Below are positions 25,946 to 39,559 of a stretch of DNA of 64,000 nt, piece by piece (the stretch's first letter is position 1; each line of letters starts with the position of its first letter). The stretch comes from Carcharhinus longimanus (taxonomy: Eukaryota), in the NCBI GenBank assembly GCA_030264375.1, contig JASCQW010000119.1, positions 11,007,896 to 11,071,895 of the forward strand, written 5' to 3'. Under the pieces are notes generated by a model. The model did no database searches. It saw only the letters and a program-made list of their open reading frames with translations, and was not told where the DNA came from. Both the position numbers and the translations under genes were made by a program.

Positions 25946-28052
25946 ATGATTGCTATGCTTTACTTTGTTCGTCAGTAAGACGTTACTTGATACTGCATGT
26001 TCGTCAATATGATGCTATCTCGTTTAACTTTTTGGTAACTTAGTAGAGACCGACATTTGTTAATGCCACATGAAATGCGTCAGTACTGCTCGTTTCAATA
26101 ATTCAGTGGAGGTTTTGGTTTGGGAAGAGCGAGCTGCAATTTGGTATCTCTGGTATTTCTAGTAAAACCAGAAATAAATACCAAATACAAATACCAGTGT
26201 TTCTGGTATTTATTGTGATGCAGTCACTATTAGTCTCATTGTACTTGGACGAATTGTTTTCCTAATGACATCAGTCAAAATAAAACGTCATTTCCGTGCT
26301 CGTTCTGGAGAGGCCAATCCAACATATCCTCCATGTCAATGGGTAACATTACCTCCTGTAAATGGGACACTTCACTGCGAGAAATCGAATCCCACTCAAA
26401 TAATGTCTTGACCGTGGAAGAAAAAGGTAAAAGAAATTCAACTTACATTCACTCAGTAAGAATTGTGTTAAATTACAAATCCAAATATTAAATGGCAATT
26501 CGACATTTCAGTCCAGTGAATTAGAGAAGCAAAATGAATGATTCTGCTCGCTATGTCTCAATGAAACTTTAAACTTGAACCACGACGACCTTGTCAACTG
26601 ATCGGAAAGGATCGCAAAACTATTTTTGAAATGCAAAGATCATGTGACTGCCGAGTATCACCGGCAGCAGATATCCCTCAATAAAGTTATAAAGCGCTGA
26701 GATTTGTGGGAGGTTGCTTTTTTTTCATAAAGCGGTTAGCTTGTGTCCTAGTTTAATGGGGCTTCGGCAGAGGAAAAAATAATAATTCTGTCAGAAATGT
26801 CGAACTTCTCACAATGTATCAGCGGAAAGCTAAACTACGCAGAATTAGATGATCCAAACAACAAGCGCTAACCGTAAGGGACAGTGCTGAAACTTTCTGA
26901 TTCGAAGTCTGTTCAACTTACAAGAAATGACGGTTGTCGTAGTCTGGCAATTGCGGCACTTTATCTACCACATGTTTTACGCAGTGCCTGTCACTGCCTC
27001 TCATTAGCATCATTCTCGGAATTTAACCAGGAGANNNNNNNNNNNNNNNNNNNNNNNNNNNNNNNNNNNNNNNNNNNNNNNNNNNNNNNNNNNNNNNNNN
27101 NNNNNNNNNNNNNNNNNNNNNNNNNNNNNNNNNNATCATTTCGGAATTTAACCAGGAGAAAATTCATCTGTACCATGCACCAATATTGATTCCTCACCAG
27201 ATAATATTTGGTAATAAACTTGGTATTGAATGGCTGGTGTTTGAGCAATTGTGATGGGAGCATTTGCTGTCCGACCACAGCAGCGGCTGCGCAAAATATG
27301 CTACCGTGGCGAGCTCGAGACGTCATGAGATCCTGAGCGGCCCTCCGTCAATGTCGGCTTTCAAACAAAAATTCAGTGCTCTGTAAGTTTTCTGGACATT
27401 TTTTCAATCAGATGATTTATATTTATAAGATGGATACGAATTAATATAAAACTAAAGAGCTCAGGTTTTCTTCAAATCCTCAAGAAATGCGCAATCTAGA
27501 GAAATGGCATTATAATGTAATCAATTACAAAGACCAGTTTCAGTCAAGTATCAATTGTAACATGATAGCTAGAGTAGGATTTTTTTATATAGATTTTAAT
27601 CGATGTCTAAATATATAAATCGCATCATGAATAACGTAAATGATGCCCTTCTATCAGGCGTTATGCGATAATTTTAACGTCTATCCGAGGGACAGATGCA
27701 AGTCTTCATTAAAAAAATTCATAAGAAACAACGCACTTCGAAAGGGCAGCATTGCCTCCAGAAGTGACAAACTGCAGAGATAGCCTAGACGTGTCTGTTC
27801 AACGGAGTCACAACTGACTTACTAATTGAACAGCAGACACAGCCTCGGATGTAAATGTTAGGTGTGTGTTTCTTGCATTTCCTTTAAATTTATTTTTCAT
27901 TTTAATTTTTCATGTAATTCACAGGAGCTTTCCACGCATCTCAACTGCTCTTCTGGTCAAATTTCAAAAAAACAATGTGCAGCTGCCTCAGTATTTTTTT
28001 TTGCTTTTCTCAATGTTACTGAAAATCACCTAAACGTGTGTTTCGTCCACAG

Positions 28053-28079
28053 CATCCGAGCTGGAGGAAACGGAAAATG
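28053..28079 (+). CDS. 27-nt microexon, (S)SELEETEN
   Basis: gtgtttcgtccacag|CATCCGAG...GAAAATG|gtaaag. Confidence 0.87.
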
Positions 28080-29159
28080 GTAAAGACAAAACACATCGTG
28101 ATCAATTTACGTCTTCACCAACTTCCTGCAGTGTAAATAAATGTAAAATCTGCTTGGGCATAACTAAGCAAAGACAACATTGAATTCTAAATAATGCTGT
28201 TAAAATACAGTTAACCTTTCCTTCTGAAACAACAAACAAACCTTTAACACAGTTGTGTAGTATGGCATCCAACGCACTTCAAAGAATCGCCCAGAAACAC
28301 TATATTGACAGGGAAAAGACTCGGAGATAATTTGAAGCCTTGACAATAGACTGGTACTAATGGCTGTCTCAGACACGGAGAGAAATGTGGAGGAGCAGAG
28401 ACATGCATGGAAAGAATAAAATAATACTTATACCATACCAACATAATCATTCGGGGTTACTGTCACAACCCCAAATATATCCAATCCTTTTCTAAGTTAT
28501 ATTCACTTCGCATAAGGATACATCTTTTTGCACGTACTTTCTTTTTGATTATCACAAATTGCATCTGTGCCCCATTTTCACTCCCATTTATTTTCATTTG
28601 TATTTCACGTCCACGGATTTTAAAGTAAACAAACTTGCCCTGAAGACTCATTGTGTCTTGCTCGAAGTCACACATTTGCATTCACACAGTTGTTAGCAAC
28701 ATTCCAAGAAAACTACACTGTTGGTCAAAAGTATTTATGCACCAAGCAACAGCCAAAGCCTGGGAACTACTGATAAGAAATGTGTAACTGTGTATAATGT
28801 GTGCTTGAATTCTCGAAAGAAAGAATCATAAAACCAAAGCGTCCCTACAGTGCAAAAGAAGACTATTCGACCCATCTACTTTGCATTAAAACAATCCTAC
28901 CCAGGCCCTATCGCCGTCGTGTCCTATCCATGTACCATGATGACATTCAGGCCAATGCAGCCGGCATGAGTTGCACCCAATCCACCGGCTTATAATTTAC
29001 TTAAACCGGTATGGATGCACAAAGTCTATTGCATGATCATATGTTAGATTGACTGTTTTAACTTGCTAAGCCTCCTCTGCCAGCGATTCTGAAACCCATG
29101 AAATATTTCACGTGGGTACGCAAGAGCAAGAGCCTCCTACTGCACCAGCACAAACAGCT

Positions 29160-30580
29160 GGTGACTACAGCTCTGCCTTCAATGACATCATTACTACGAA
29201 ACTCATCTCCAAGCTCCATGGCCTCAGCATCTCCCACCGTGACTGGATCCTGAACTTCCTAATCCACAGACCACAATCAGTAAGGATAGGCAACAACACC
29301 TCCTCCATGATCATCCTCAACTCCTGTGCCCCACAAGGCGGTGTGCTCAGTCCCTGCTATACTTGTGTGACTCTGTGGCCAAATTCCCGTCCAACTCGAT
29401 TTTCAAGTTTGCTGATGACATCACCACAGTGGGTCGGATCTCAAAGAATGACAAACAGAGTACAGGGATGAGATAGATAATCCGGTGAACTGTTGCGACG
29501 AAAAAGATATCCGCCTCAATGTCAACAAAAGGAAAGAGATTGTCATCGACTTCAGGATGCGTAGTGGAGAACATGCCCCAGTCTGCATCAATGGGGATGA
29601 AGTAGGAATCCATAAAATCTATAGAACCCCTAAAGTGCAGAAGATGATCATTCGCCCCATCGAAATTGCACCGGCCACAATCCAACTCAGGCATTATTCC
29701 CATAACCCATATATTTACCCCACTCATATCCCTGATACTAGAGTCAATTCATCATGAGCAACGAACCTAACCAACATATCTTTGGACTCTGGGAGTAAAC
29801 CAGGGCACCCGGAGGACATCCACGCAGGCACGGGAAAATGTACAAACTCCAAACTGGCAGTGAACCGAGGTAAGAATTGAATCCGTGTCCCTAGTGCTGT
29901 GAGGCAGAGTGCTAACCACTGTGCTACCATGCCTCCCCATTATTTGAAATGATAGAGAGCTTCATGTTTTTAAGTGTCCTGTTCCCCCCAGTGGCGACAC
30001 TGTAATTAAGAACGCCCACCAACACCTCTACCTTCTCAAAAGGCTAAGGAAATTTGGCACATCAGCTACGCCTCTTACCAACTTTTACAAATGCACCATG
30101 GAAAGCTTTCTTTCTGGTTCTATCACAGCTTGGTATGGCTTCTGCTCTACCCAAGACTGCAAGAAGCTACAAAAGGTCGTGAATACAACCCAATCCGTTA
30201 TGCAACGCAGCCTTCCATCCACTGACAATGTCTACACTTGCTGCAACCTCAGAAAAGCAGCCAGCATAATTAAGGACCCCACACACTTTGGGCATACTTT
30301 CTTCCACGTCCTTCCATTGGGAGAAACATAGACATGTCTGAGGTCACGTAACAAGGGACTAAAGAACAGTTTATTTTCTGCTGCCATCAGACGTTTGGAT
30401 GGACGTACATTAAGTTGATCTTTACCTACACCCTAACAATTACTGTAGACAGCAAACTGCATTTTCTCATTTCCTTCTCCATGAATGCTATGTTTTTCCT
30501 GTATAGCACGCAAGAAACAATAATTTTCACTGTATTACTAATACCTGTGACAATAATAAATCAAATCTAATCAAATCAAC
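29160..30580 (+). mobile_element. Rex1/Babar-like LINE, 5'-truncated RT remnant, interrupted by a SINE
   Basis: DYSSAFN...WILNFLIHRPQSVRIG...APQGGVLSP, KFADD, KEIVIDFR and ITAWYG...KKLQKVV; tail aataaatcaaatctaatcaaatc. Confidence 0.85.
29607..29937 (-). mobile_element. HE1-type SINE nested in the Rex1-like LINE
   Basis: gctaaccactgtgctaccatgcc (reverse head); splits the LINE reading between NGDEV and EMIESF. Confidence 0.85.
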
Positions 30581-31261
30581 TCACCTGCCAATTCCTCTCC
30601 AACTCACGCACTGTTCTGACCGGAAGTGCCTACTACTCACTGGGTCAAAATTCTAGGGCCCCCCGTCTGGCAAAATTAGTTGTGTTCCTGAGTTGCGTGG
30701 AGTTCAGTAGTATTGGCAGGCAGCTCATCACTATCTGTTGAGTACAAATAGCAATTACGGATGCCCCAAATTTGTTTGCTTATCAAAGGATTTTCACAAT
30801 CCATGAATAACTTAAAAGTATCTGAACATTGTGGCTCTAATTATGCTCAATAGCATTTGCATATTAAACACATGGGAGATTCATCTCCCCAGCTGTTCCC
30901 CTGGGTACCTTCAAATCGGCGAATCGAATGTACGATCATTATTCTTGTGTTTAGGGGGTACAAACCAACTTCTAATATCTACTCATTGTACTTCGTAAGT
31001 GTGCCGTCTGCAATGTGGTAAATCTACCCAACTATTCAATGAAGTTCAGTCTTAAACTTTAACGTAACCTGCCCAGATAATCCAATAACCAGCACAGCTG
31101 GACAGGAATTGAACACGACTATTTAGCCTTCTCGGTAGAAATGTCAGAATGACTATATCGTGATTTAAATTGATCGGATAAAAATAATCTGAGCTCCCAA
31201 GTGCACAGCAAAGAATCTGAAATGAAAACAAGTCGTGAATTAACATACTATTTATTTTCAG

Positions 31262-31297
31262 AGGTGGTGAGGCTGAAGGAATTGTTGGAAGAATCAG
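31262..31297 (+). CDS. 36-nt microexon, (E)VVRLKELLEES
   Basis: ctatttattttcag|AGGTGGTG...GAATCAG|gtaatt. Confidence 0.88.
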
Positions 31298-32904
31298 GTA
31301 ATTATGTTCAACAAGTAACTACTTCCAATGTAGTCAATGAGCTCAAAATTTTAATAGCGAGTAACGTCTGCAACAGATAACACTCTAGAGCTCCAATTAG
31401 TTTGCGTCAAAAGTGTGTGAATGCCAGCCAATAATCGGGATACTCTTATGATCCTGACACTAGACAGGAAACAAACAAAAATCAAATGACTCAGGAACCG
31501 TATGCATGTCGACTTCCGCCCATATACGAAAAAATATGCAAAGGATATAGTTAAAACAAATGAAGGAAAATTCTACCAAGGTCAATATTTATCCGGTCAT
31601 CTGCAGACCAAACTAAGAACTTGGATGTTTAGCATAATATTATCAGTGTTTCACCAGCTTAGGGGGTCGCTGAAATTGTCTGTAACCAATGTCATGGCCG
31701 ATTGCCGTTGTGATATTTTTGATGCATCGTGTGATTCAACAGTGGAATCTGTGCATCGAAGGCACATAATCAGCAATGATTTACTGGCAGTTTCAGGAGT
31801 TAAAAGCAACTCTGACGAATATACAACGGAGATACTTTCAAGTGAGGATAGTGTAAGGCTTGGGACGAAACGTTGAGGTGCTTGTGTAACAAACAAATCG
31901 GCTATTATCACAGCTCGGTCATAGAGGTCGGAAATTTGAGATTAGTTCTCGAGTAAGCCTGTTATAGTCGCTGCCAAGCATCAGTTGAATTGAATTCGGC
32001 TCCAGAACTAGTGAGCCGCATTTGGAAGGAACCACAATCCAGTTTCTGTAAAAGGGGCAAAGCCAGGTTGCGGCATTGTCCTGTAGAGTGCTGAAAATTT
32101 GGATGTTATTTGAACTTCACAACTCCAGTATTTCGCAACACACTTTATGTCTGAGTTTGGCTCAAAACTATCTTCCTACAAAAGAAAACCAGGCGATGAG
32201 TCCCGAATGCTTATTTCGCTCCTATGAAGGAACAATTCAACTAAGCTCTTGCATTCTTAGGCAGGTATCCATTTTTTTTTGAGTATGTTGATTACGTTTG
32301 CCTCCACGATAGCCTCAGTTAGGGCATTCCAGGTGCTAATGATGTTCTGCTTAACTATTTTTTATTCACATCGCAATAACTTATTTTGACAAATAGCTTA
32401 AATCTGTGCTCTCCACTTGTCGATTGTTCTGCTAACGACTGACTTCCCTATAACTCTTATACAGGTTCTTCATAATTTGTAATTATGAATTCAATTTCGG
32501 CTCACCCATTCAGTCAAGATCCTCATGCCTCATGAACACTTCTCTCCATAATTTTTCACGGCCTCCAAATCTTTCATACTGTCTGGTGCACAAAATTTTG
32601 GGAAAAAATCACAGACAAATGTGTGTTTTGTCAGGTTGAACATAAATATTTTGCTCTGTACTCCATTGTCTCAATTCAATAAGCCACTTTGCAACAAAGC
32701 CTTCATGACTGCATTATCCTTCCACTTCTAGTAACTTATGTGCATATACACCACCAACTCCTGCCCCAACACCAATCATGCTCCCAACTGCTGCACCAAG
32801 ATTAACATCCATAATATACGTACTAAAGTACACAGAAATAAGGAGTAGGAGTAAGTTTTTTGCACTCACTACCACCTCCCCCCCTCCCCGCCCTTCATTG
32901 AATT

Positions 32905-34035
32905 ATAGAATCCTGCAGTGCAGAAGAAGGCCATTTGGTCCATCGAGTCTGCACTGACCACAATCCCACCATATCCACATAATCCCATGTGTTTACCCTA
33001 GATAGTCCCTTTAAGCAAAGGGACAATTTAGCATGGCCAGTCCACTAACCCACAAATCTTTGGACTATGAGAGGAAACAGAGCACCCGGAGGAAACTCAC
33101 GAAGATACGGGGAGAATGTGCAAACTCCAGGCAGACAGTTACCCAAAACGGGAATCAAACCCGGGTCCGCTGCACTGTGAGGCAACAGTGCTAACCTCTC
33201 TGCCAAAGTACCACTCCTGTTTCTCTTGCAATAATGTCATTACTGGTCAGATCGCAACTTCTGTTGCATGGATGGCATAGTAGCACAGTGCTTAGCACTG
33301 CTGCTTCACAGCTCCGGGGACCTGGGTTCGTTTCCCCTCTTGGGTCACTGTCTGTATGGAATTAGCACATTCTCCGCCTACCTGCATGGGTTCGCTCCGG
33401 TTTCCTCCCACAGTCCAATGATGTGCAGGTTAGGTTGATTGCCCATGCTAAAAATTGCCCCTTCGAGTCCTGAGATGCGTAAGTTAGAGGGATTAATGGG
33501 TAAATATGTCGGGCTATGGGGGTGGGGCCTAGGTGCGATGGTGGTCGGTGGAGGCTAGATGGGCCAAATGGCCTCTTTCTGCACCGTAGAGTTTCTACGA
33601 TTGCTATGATAAACATCTCATCATGTTGCCTATCAATTGTGCTGCTACATTAGAGATATTCAAAATATTTGCTCCCACCACTTTTGAATAATGGAGAGAT
33701 ACAAGGAATTTGAGCGGCACTGCGGCGCAATGTTTAGCACAGCTGCCTCACAGCTCCAGTGACCTGGGTTTGAATCCCCGTTTGGGTTTCTGTCTGTCTG
33801 TGTTTCCTTCGGGTGCTCCAGTTTCCTTACACACTCCAAAGAGGCGCGGGTTAGGTTGACTGGCCACGATAAGTTGCCCTTTACTGTCCGGGATTGGATA
33901 GTTTAGAGGGATTAGAGGGATAGATACGTGCGGTGATGGGTATAGGGCCTAGGTGGAATAGCTGTTGGTGAAGACTCGATAAGTCAAAGGCAGCCTTCTG
34001 CAAGGTAGCGATTCTATGATTATATGACTTATGAC
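32905..34035. mobile_element. Cluster of three HE1-type SINEs (- 32905-33215, + 33271-33612, + 33714-34035)
   Basis: Each aligns by eye with the 6963 copy. Confidence 0.85.
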
Positions 34036-34554
34036 CACCTGAAAACATATGCTTACCTTGGTCTTAAATGGCAGGTACTCAACTGTAAACAGTAGACCCT
34101 AGTTCCAGATTCTCCCACAGGGCGAACGAACCATCCATTCTAAACCGATTCCATTAAAACCCCTCACAACCTTGCATCTGTCAATCAAGTCTACTCTTAT
34201 TATTCCAAGCTGAAGAAGATTCAAGCCGAGCCTGTCCAAACCTTCCCTTCTGACTGTCCGCACATTGGAGACATTATAATACATTGCTAATATATTGTTT
34301 TCACTAAGATAAAGCTCCAGGAGTTCCATTATAAATATTCCTCCAGTCCTATCCATTCACCACAGTGCTGTGCATTCTATTACTCCGCCAACTTCATATC
34401 CACGATTGGATGTTCCCTTTCATTCCATTGCTATCAGATGTTGGTGAGTTGCTTTAGGAAATGCCTTTGAAAGAGCACTCAGAGCACTGCAACAGTATTT
34501 TATGTTTTGACATTTTCTTACACTTCATAAAAAAACTCTCGCAATTTTATTGAA

Positions 34555-35130
34555 TTTGTTTGATTTGCCTTCACTTGATTTGCTTTAATTTGATTTATTA
34601 TTGTCACAACTATCGGTATGCAGTGAAGGGTACTGTTCCGTGTGCATTAAACTTACAAAGCATATGGTTCATACCGTACATAGGAGAGAAGGGGAGGAGA
34701 GGATGCAGAGCGTATTGTTACATTCATAGCTAGTCCGTAGAGAAAAAATAACTGAATTTAATGTAGGTCAATTCAAAAGCATCAGGGAAGAAATTATTCT
34801 TGAGCCGGTTGCTACGTGGTCTCAGACTTTTGTAACTACTTTCCTGACACAAAAAGTGTAGAAGAGATTGAATCTAGGATGCGGGTTCAATAATTATGCT
34901 GGAAGCTTTTCCAAGGCAGCGGGAGGTGTATACGGAGTCAATGGATGGCGTGCAGTTTTGCGTGATGGAGTGGGATGCGTTCATAACCCTTTGTGGTTTA
35001 TTGCTGTCTTGGTGAGAGCAGCAGCCATACTAAGTTGCGATACATCCTGAAAACATGCTTTCAATGTTGCATTTGATAAAAAATATGATGAAACTTAGAG
35101 CAAACGTGCTGAATTTCCTCAGCTTCCTGT
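34555..35130 (-). mobile_element. Rex1/Babar-like LINE 3' fragment
   Basis: ttgatttattattgtcaca... is the reverse complement of the tail at about 30540-30580, and the similarity continues into the 30000-30500 segment. Confidence 0.75.
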
Positions 35131-37544
35131 TGTGATTTTCCCTTCCCCCTTTGTCAAACTGATTATTATCTTGATCCGTATATATCTTCTTCAAAAGCTT
35201 CGCCACCATTCTGGTAAACTTTGCTAGTCTGATAGCAGCATATTTCGACGTACTGTTGGAAGGATGTTATCATGTTTGCAAAACTTTTAGTCTCCTGGCA
35301 CTAAGCCCCAAAAAAAGAGAAAATAAAATCGATTCCTCCTGCAATCTCCTAATGTGCCCCGAACCTTCTATATGTGGCTGTGTTGTCAAGTCTCTTTTCT
35401 CCTCATCGATCACATAAACACGTTTTCGGAGTCGTCATTGCTTCATTCGACATTTAATGCACTCTGAATGTATATATTCCGTCTTTGCAATTCGTGGGGA
35501 TATACCTTGAAAGTGATCGAAAATACAATCATCTTTTTAACTGTTAGCTCGTCTTCTCAATCTCTGTTGTCAATTCATCTGAGCAGATCCATTCTATTCA
35601 CAATCTCCAAAAAGTTATGCTTCATCAGGATATTTGTTCTGAACATTTGAATTGTGAAGCTACAACTCATGAAATATGGATTGATATCCTGCTGTATGTG
35701 TCCCTCCCGACTATTAAACCACGTGGTCCTATTCCATTCTCAAGAACGACACCCAGACATGATTTCTTTCCCACATGGCTAAAAACATACTGTTAGAATT
35801 GAAACTACTCTATATGCCTTGCAATTCTTAATACTTTCCTTGGTAACTTGTTCCTCCACATTTTCTTCACTATTTGCTGGCACTGGAACTAGAATGAGCA
35901 CATTTTGCCCATCCTGTCCACATTCTTCGTCCTTACCCTTAATCAACATCCGCTCATTTAAATGTGCAGGGCACTTCCTCTCTTCTCTCAGCATCACTAC
36001 TACGTTCCCTTTAATCAATACTGTCGGCTCCCACTTTTGTTACTTGCCATCTTTCCTGAAAACCTACATAAGAGAAACATTTAATGCCTAGCACTTTGCT
36101 TCTTTGATTCACATTCTTTTAACACGACATAAATTTGTCACCTGGTTCGCTGCATGTATCACTGCCAAGCGCCCAAATCTTACCACTGCTCTTTCGTTAA
36201 CAACACCAAACACGCTGCAAAAAAATACACTCGCACACTACCCCAGTTCTATTGATGTTGCTTAAGAGTAATGATTTTAAATCGTATTGTCTTAAAAAAT
36301 ATTTTTACTGATTCCCCCACACCTTAAATTATCCCAAAATGTTGTAGATAGAGAGATAGATCCGCAATGCCCATCAGCCAATCAGCACAGGTCTTTTCTG
36401 TGAATGTTATAGTCTGATTTTCTTTGTGCTTCTGCTTTTCAGTGCTCCAGAATTGAATATCAAAAATCCAGCTTTGCTTCACCGTGATCCTTCTCTGCTT
36501 CACTCTGCTCATAACCTCCACTGTTGTGTTTCTACTAGGGCTATTTTCAGTCTTGACATGCTTCTCATCGATCCATATCCGCTTCAACAATAATCCTGCT
36601 GTGCGCTGCATGGGCCCTGCAAATCCTGACATTAACCCCAACATTTTGCGCATAGATTGTGGGTGATGCTATCATTGAGAATGGAAATGTTTCTGGAGCC
36701 TCCTTCTCCTACAGTAAATTCCTAATTTGCCTATCACATGACTGAATATAGTAAGAATTGGGAGTCTAATCACACCTGTTCATAAAAAGTTGTTTCGATT
36801 CTGATCCTTGCCATGCATAGCGTTATGTGTTGTGACTTCACAAGGTAAACAAGCCGGTGGTGGTATGCTGAATACCATTCTTGTTGTTCTATCTAGTAGA
36901 CATGTAGAAGTATTAATGAACGGATTAAATCTGACGACAGCCTGTGGGACATACAGGAGCTATGAGGTTACACCTTGTGTATAAACACAGTTGGTCTGTT
37001 AATGATGGCTCGAGGCATCTCAGGGATGGGCCGTTCGAAACGGTTGTGCCTGTTCAGAATCGAGCTCCATAATCTGCTGGTAATGTCACAAACAGGGCAG
37101 ATGCTGTCTTCAGAATGAAGAGTGGTCTTTGCTCCTTAAGCGCTAAAACTGAAACTTGTTACCGTTGTACCGTGCAAATATTTGCCTCAGAAATGTATTT
37201 TTAATGAACAATATGTAGTAGGCTTCAGCCTCGAGTTGGTACTCTCACCATCTGCTGCAACCCATTCTTTTGCTCTTCACGACTCGATCAGCACAGTAAT
37301 GGTTCGGCCGTGAACGACAATTGATGCACAGTGAAGTCTCCACTCAGAGATATTTTGTACTTTGAATATTTATTTCAACGTGGCTTTAAACATATTGGTA
37401 TGTGGATGCAGCAATGAAGGTAGACCGTTAAGTGGCCATCAGTAGCAGTTATATCAGTCGATGCTCTGCCGTTCCTTCATTACCTAGCCTGCAGAACACT
37501 ACGTTCCTACCTCTTAATGGGTTTTAGGAGTTTTGGTTGAAACT

Positions 37545-38946
37545 TTCTTTTTCAAAAGACTAAACAGCAGTGTTACCAAGGCAAGGGGCTTTCAGCCTTT
37601 CTGATATTTTTTTGTTTAGATAATCAATTTGAATTAGGCAGTTAGATGCCAAGAACATATTAAGTTTAAACCAATGGTTTTGACAACCTAGGACCAATCC
37701 TTTTGTGGGAAATATTGATATGGCATCACAGGCATAAAAGAAAGGGGCAGTGAGACAAAATGAGAGAGCAACTTCCACCGTCATAGCTGACAGCGCTTAA
37801 CTCAAAAACCCATCTAGACAGTAATGGTACCAAAGAAGAAAGTAGGACAGTTCTCTCAATTTTGTGCAATTGGCTACGTTTTAGTAAAGAAACCTTTCCA
37901 TGGTATACAAGTCGGTGTCCTATTTGCATCTACGAACCTAGTGCCTACACCGATCTTAATTATCCTTTCAAGTCATATAATGCATTATTGGTTAACTTAA
38001 CAGCTTTGAAAGATCTTAGTATCTCAAAAGGAATAGTTAAGACTGAACCACATTGCTTTGGCATGGCTCCACATATGCGGCCAAACCAACCGTGGTAGTA
38101 CATTTTCTTCCCAAGTGTGAAGTGTTCTTTACATCTTTCAATTTCTTTCATAGCCAATATTACAGGTGCTAGCCTTACCTTGTCAGCCCTAAATCATATT
38201 AATTCCATTTAATAGTCTTCATTTAAATTTGCTGAATTTCTGACTAATGTCAATAGGAATTTCCAGCCTCAGCAACACAGTATCGAAGACATTATGAAAC
38301 ATTTACCACCCTTTGGGTAACTATTCTGCTAAAGGTTTGAGCTAAATGTAACTGAGAGCTTGTGACAGTGACTCAGCACCAACACAATTGTTTCTAGGAG
38401 CATAGGATGTTAGAATTCCTACAGTGCTGAAGGGGGCACTTTGTCCATCTAGTCCGCAACAACTTGTTGAACATACGGTCTTGTGAAGCTGAGTAGAGAA
38501 ATTGTAGATTGAAAATTAGAATGCTAGAACTTGATGTTTGTAAAATTGTAAAATGCTAAGAGGAGAAAGCATTGCATTGTTCTGTTAAAGTGTTTCTCTG
38601 GGGTTAGAGTTTAAAAATTCAAGCGCACAGGCTGCCCAAAATGAAATTTTCTTTTTCAAAAGACTAAACAGCAGTGTTACCAAGGCAAGAAGCTTTCAGC
38701 TTTTTGATTTTTTTTTTGTTTAGATAATCAATTTGAATTAGGCAGTTAGATACCAAGAAAATATTAAATTTAAACGTCATGGTTTTGACAACCGAGGACC
38801 AATCCTTTTGTGGGAAATATTGATATGGCATCACAGGTATAAAAGAAGGGAGCAGTGAGACAAAATGAGAGAGCAACTATTATGTCATAGCTGACAGCGC
38901 TTAACTCAAAGCCCCATCTAGACAGTAATGGTACAAAAGAAGAAAG
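37545..38946 (+). repeat. About 300-bp direct repeat pair (37545-37842 and 38650-38946)
   Basis: Both copies run from ttttcaaaagactaaacagcagtgttaccaaggcaag to catctagacagtaatggtac(c/a)aaagaagaaag with scattered substitutions. Confidence 0.92.
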
Positions 38947-39559
38947 AAGAATCCACAGAGAAGGCCCAAAATACTCCAGAAAACGCAATTTAGAGAGTAG
39001 TTAAATTATTTATTTTTTGTTAATAAGTGCGAATTGTATTAACTGGAACAGCATGCCATTAGAACTTGTTCTGTTGAGTCTGTTAATAGTTCGGTGAATC
39101 TGCTTTCTCTTAGTTAGTTAAATAGATAAATGATTTTAGACTAAGTGTCAGGGATTTATTTTGTATTTAGAAACCAGTAGTTTCTGATGAGCAGGATACA
39201 CTATTTCACATACATGTTTTACAGATTATGGGGCGAGGTACTCCTCTTTGATGTTGTTGTTGTGATTCCTCAGAGATGAGACCTATTTCCGCCTTGCAAA
39301 AATGATCATTTTTCTGGTATTTCCAAACATTACAGCAGTGACTCCCTTTTCAGCAGTCAACCCACGGATAACTCACAGTTATCCACTTCTCCAGCTTCCA
39401 CCACAAGAATGTTAAATGTGCCACCACCTACAGACAAGCCCTGCATATACAGTGGACNNNNNNNNNNNNNNNNNNNNNNNNNNNNNNNNNNNNNNNNNNN
39501 NNNNNNNNNNNNNNNNNNNNNNNNNNNNNNNNNNNNNNNNNNNNNNNNNNNNNNNNNCA

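Noticed and set aside
27338-27382. 45-nt phase-1 candidate ALRQCRLSNKNSVL with a gtaagt donor
   Set aside because: Acceptor gatcctgag is very weak and there is no counterpart in the second four-exon block.
31797-31841. 45-nt candidate reading ELKATLTNIQRRYFQ
   Set aside because: Coil-like only in phase 0, which is incompatible with the phase-1 chain.
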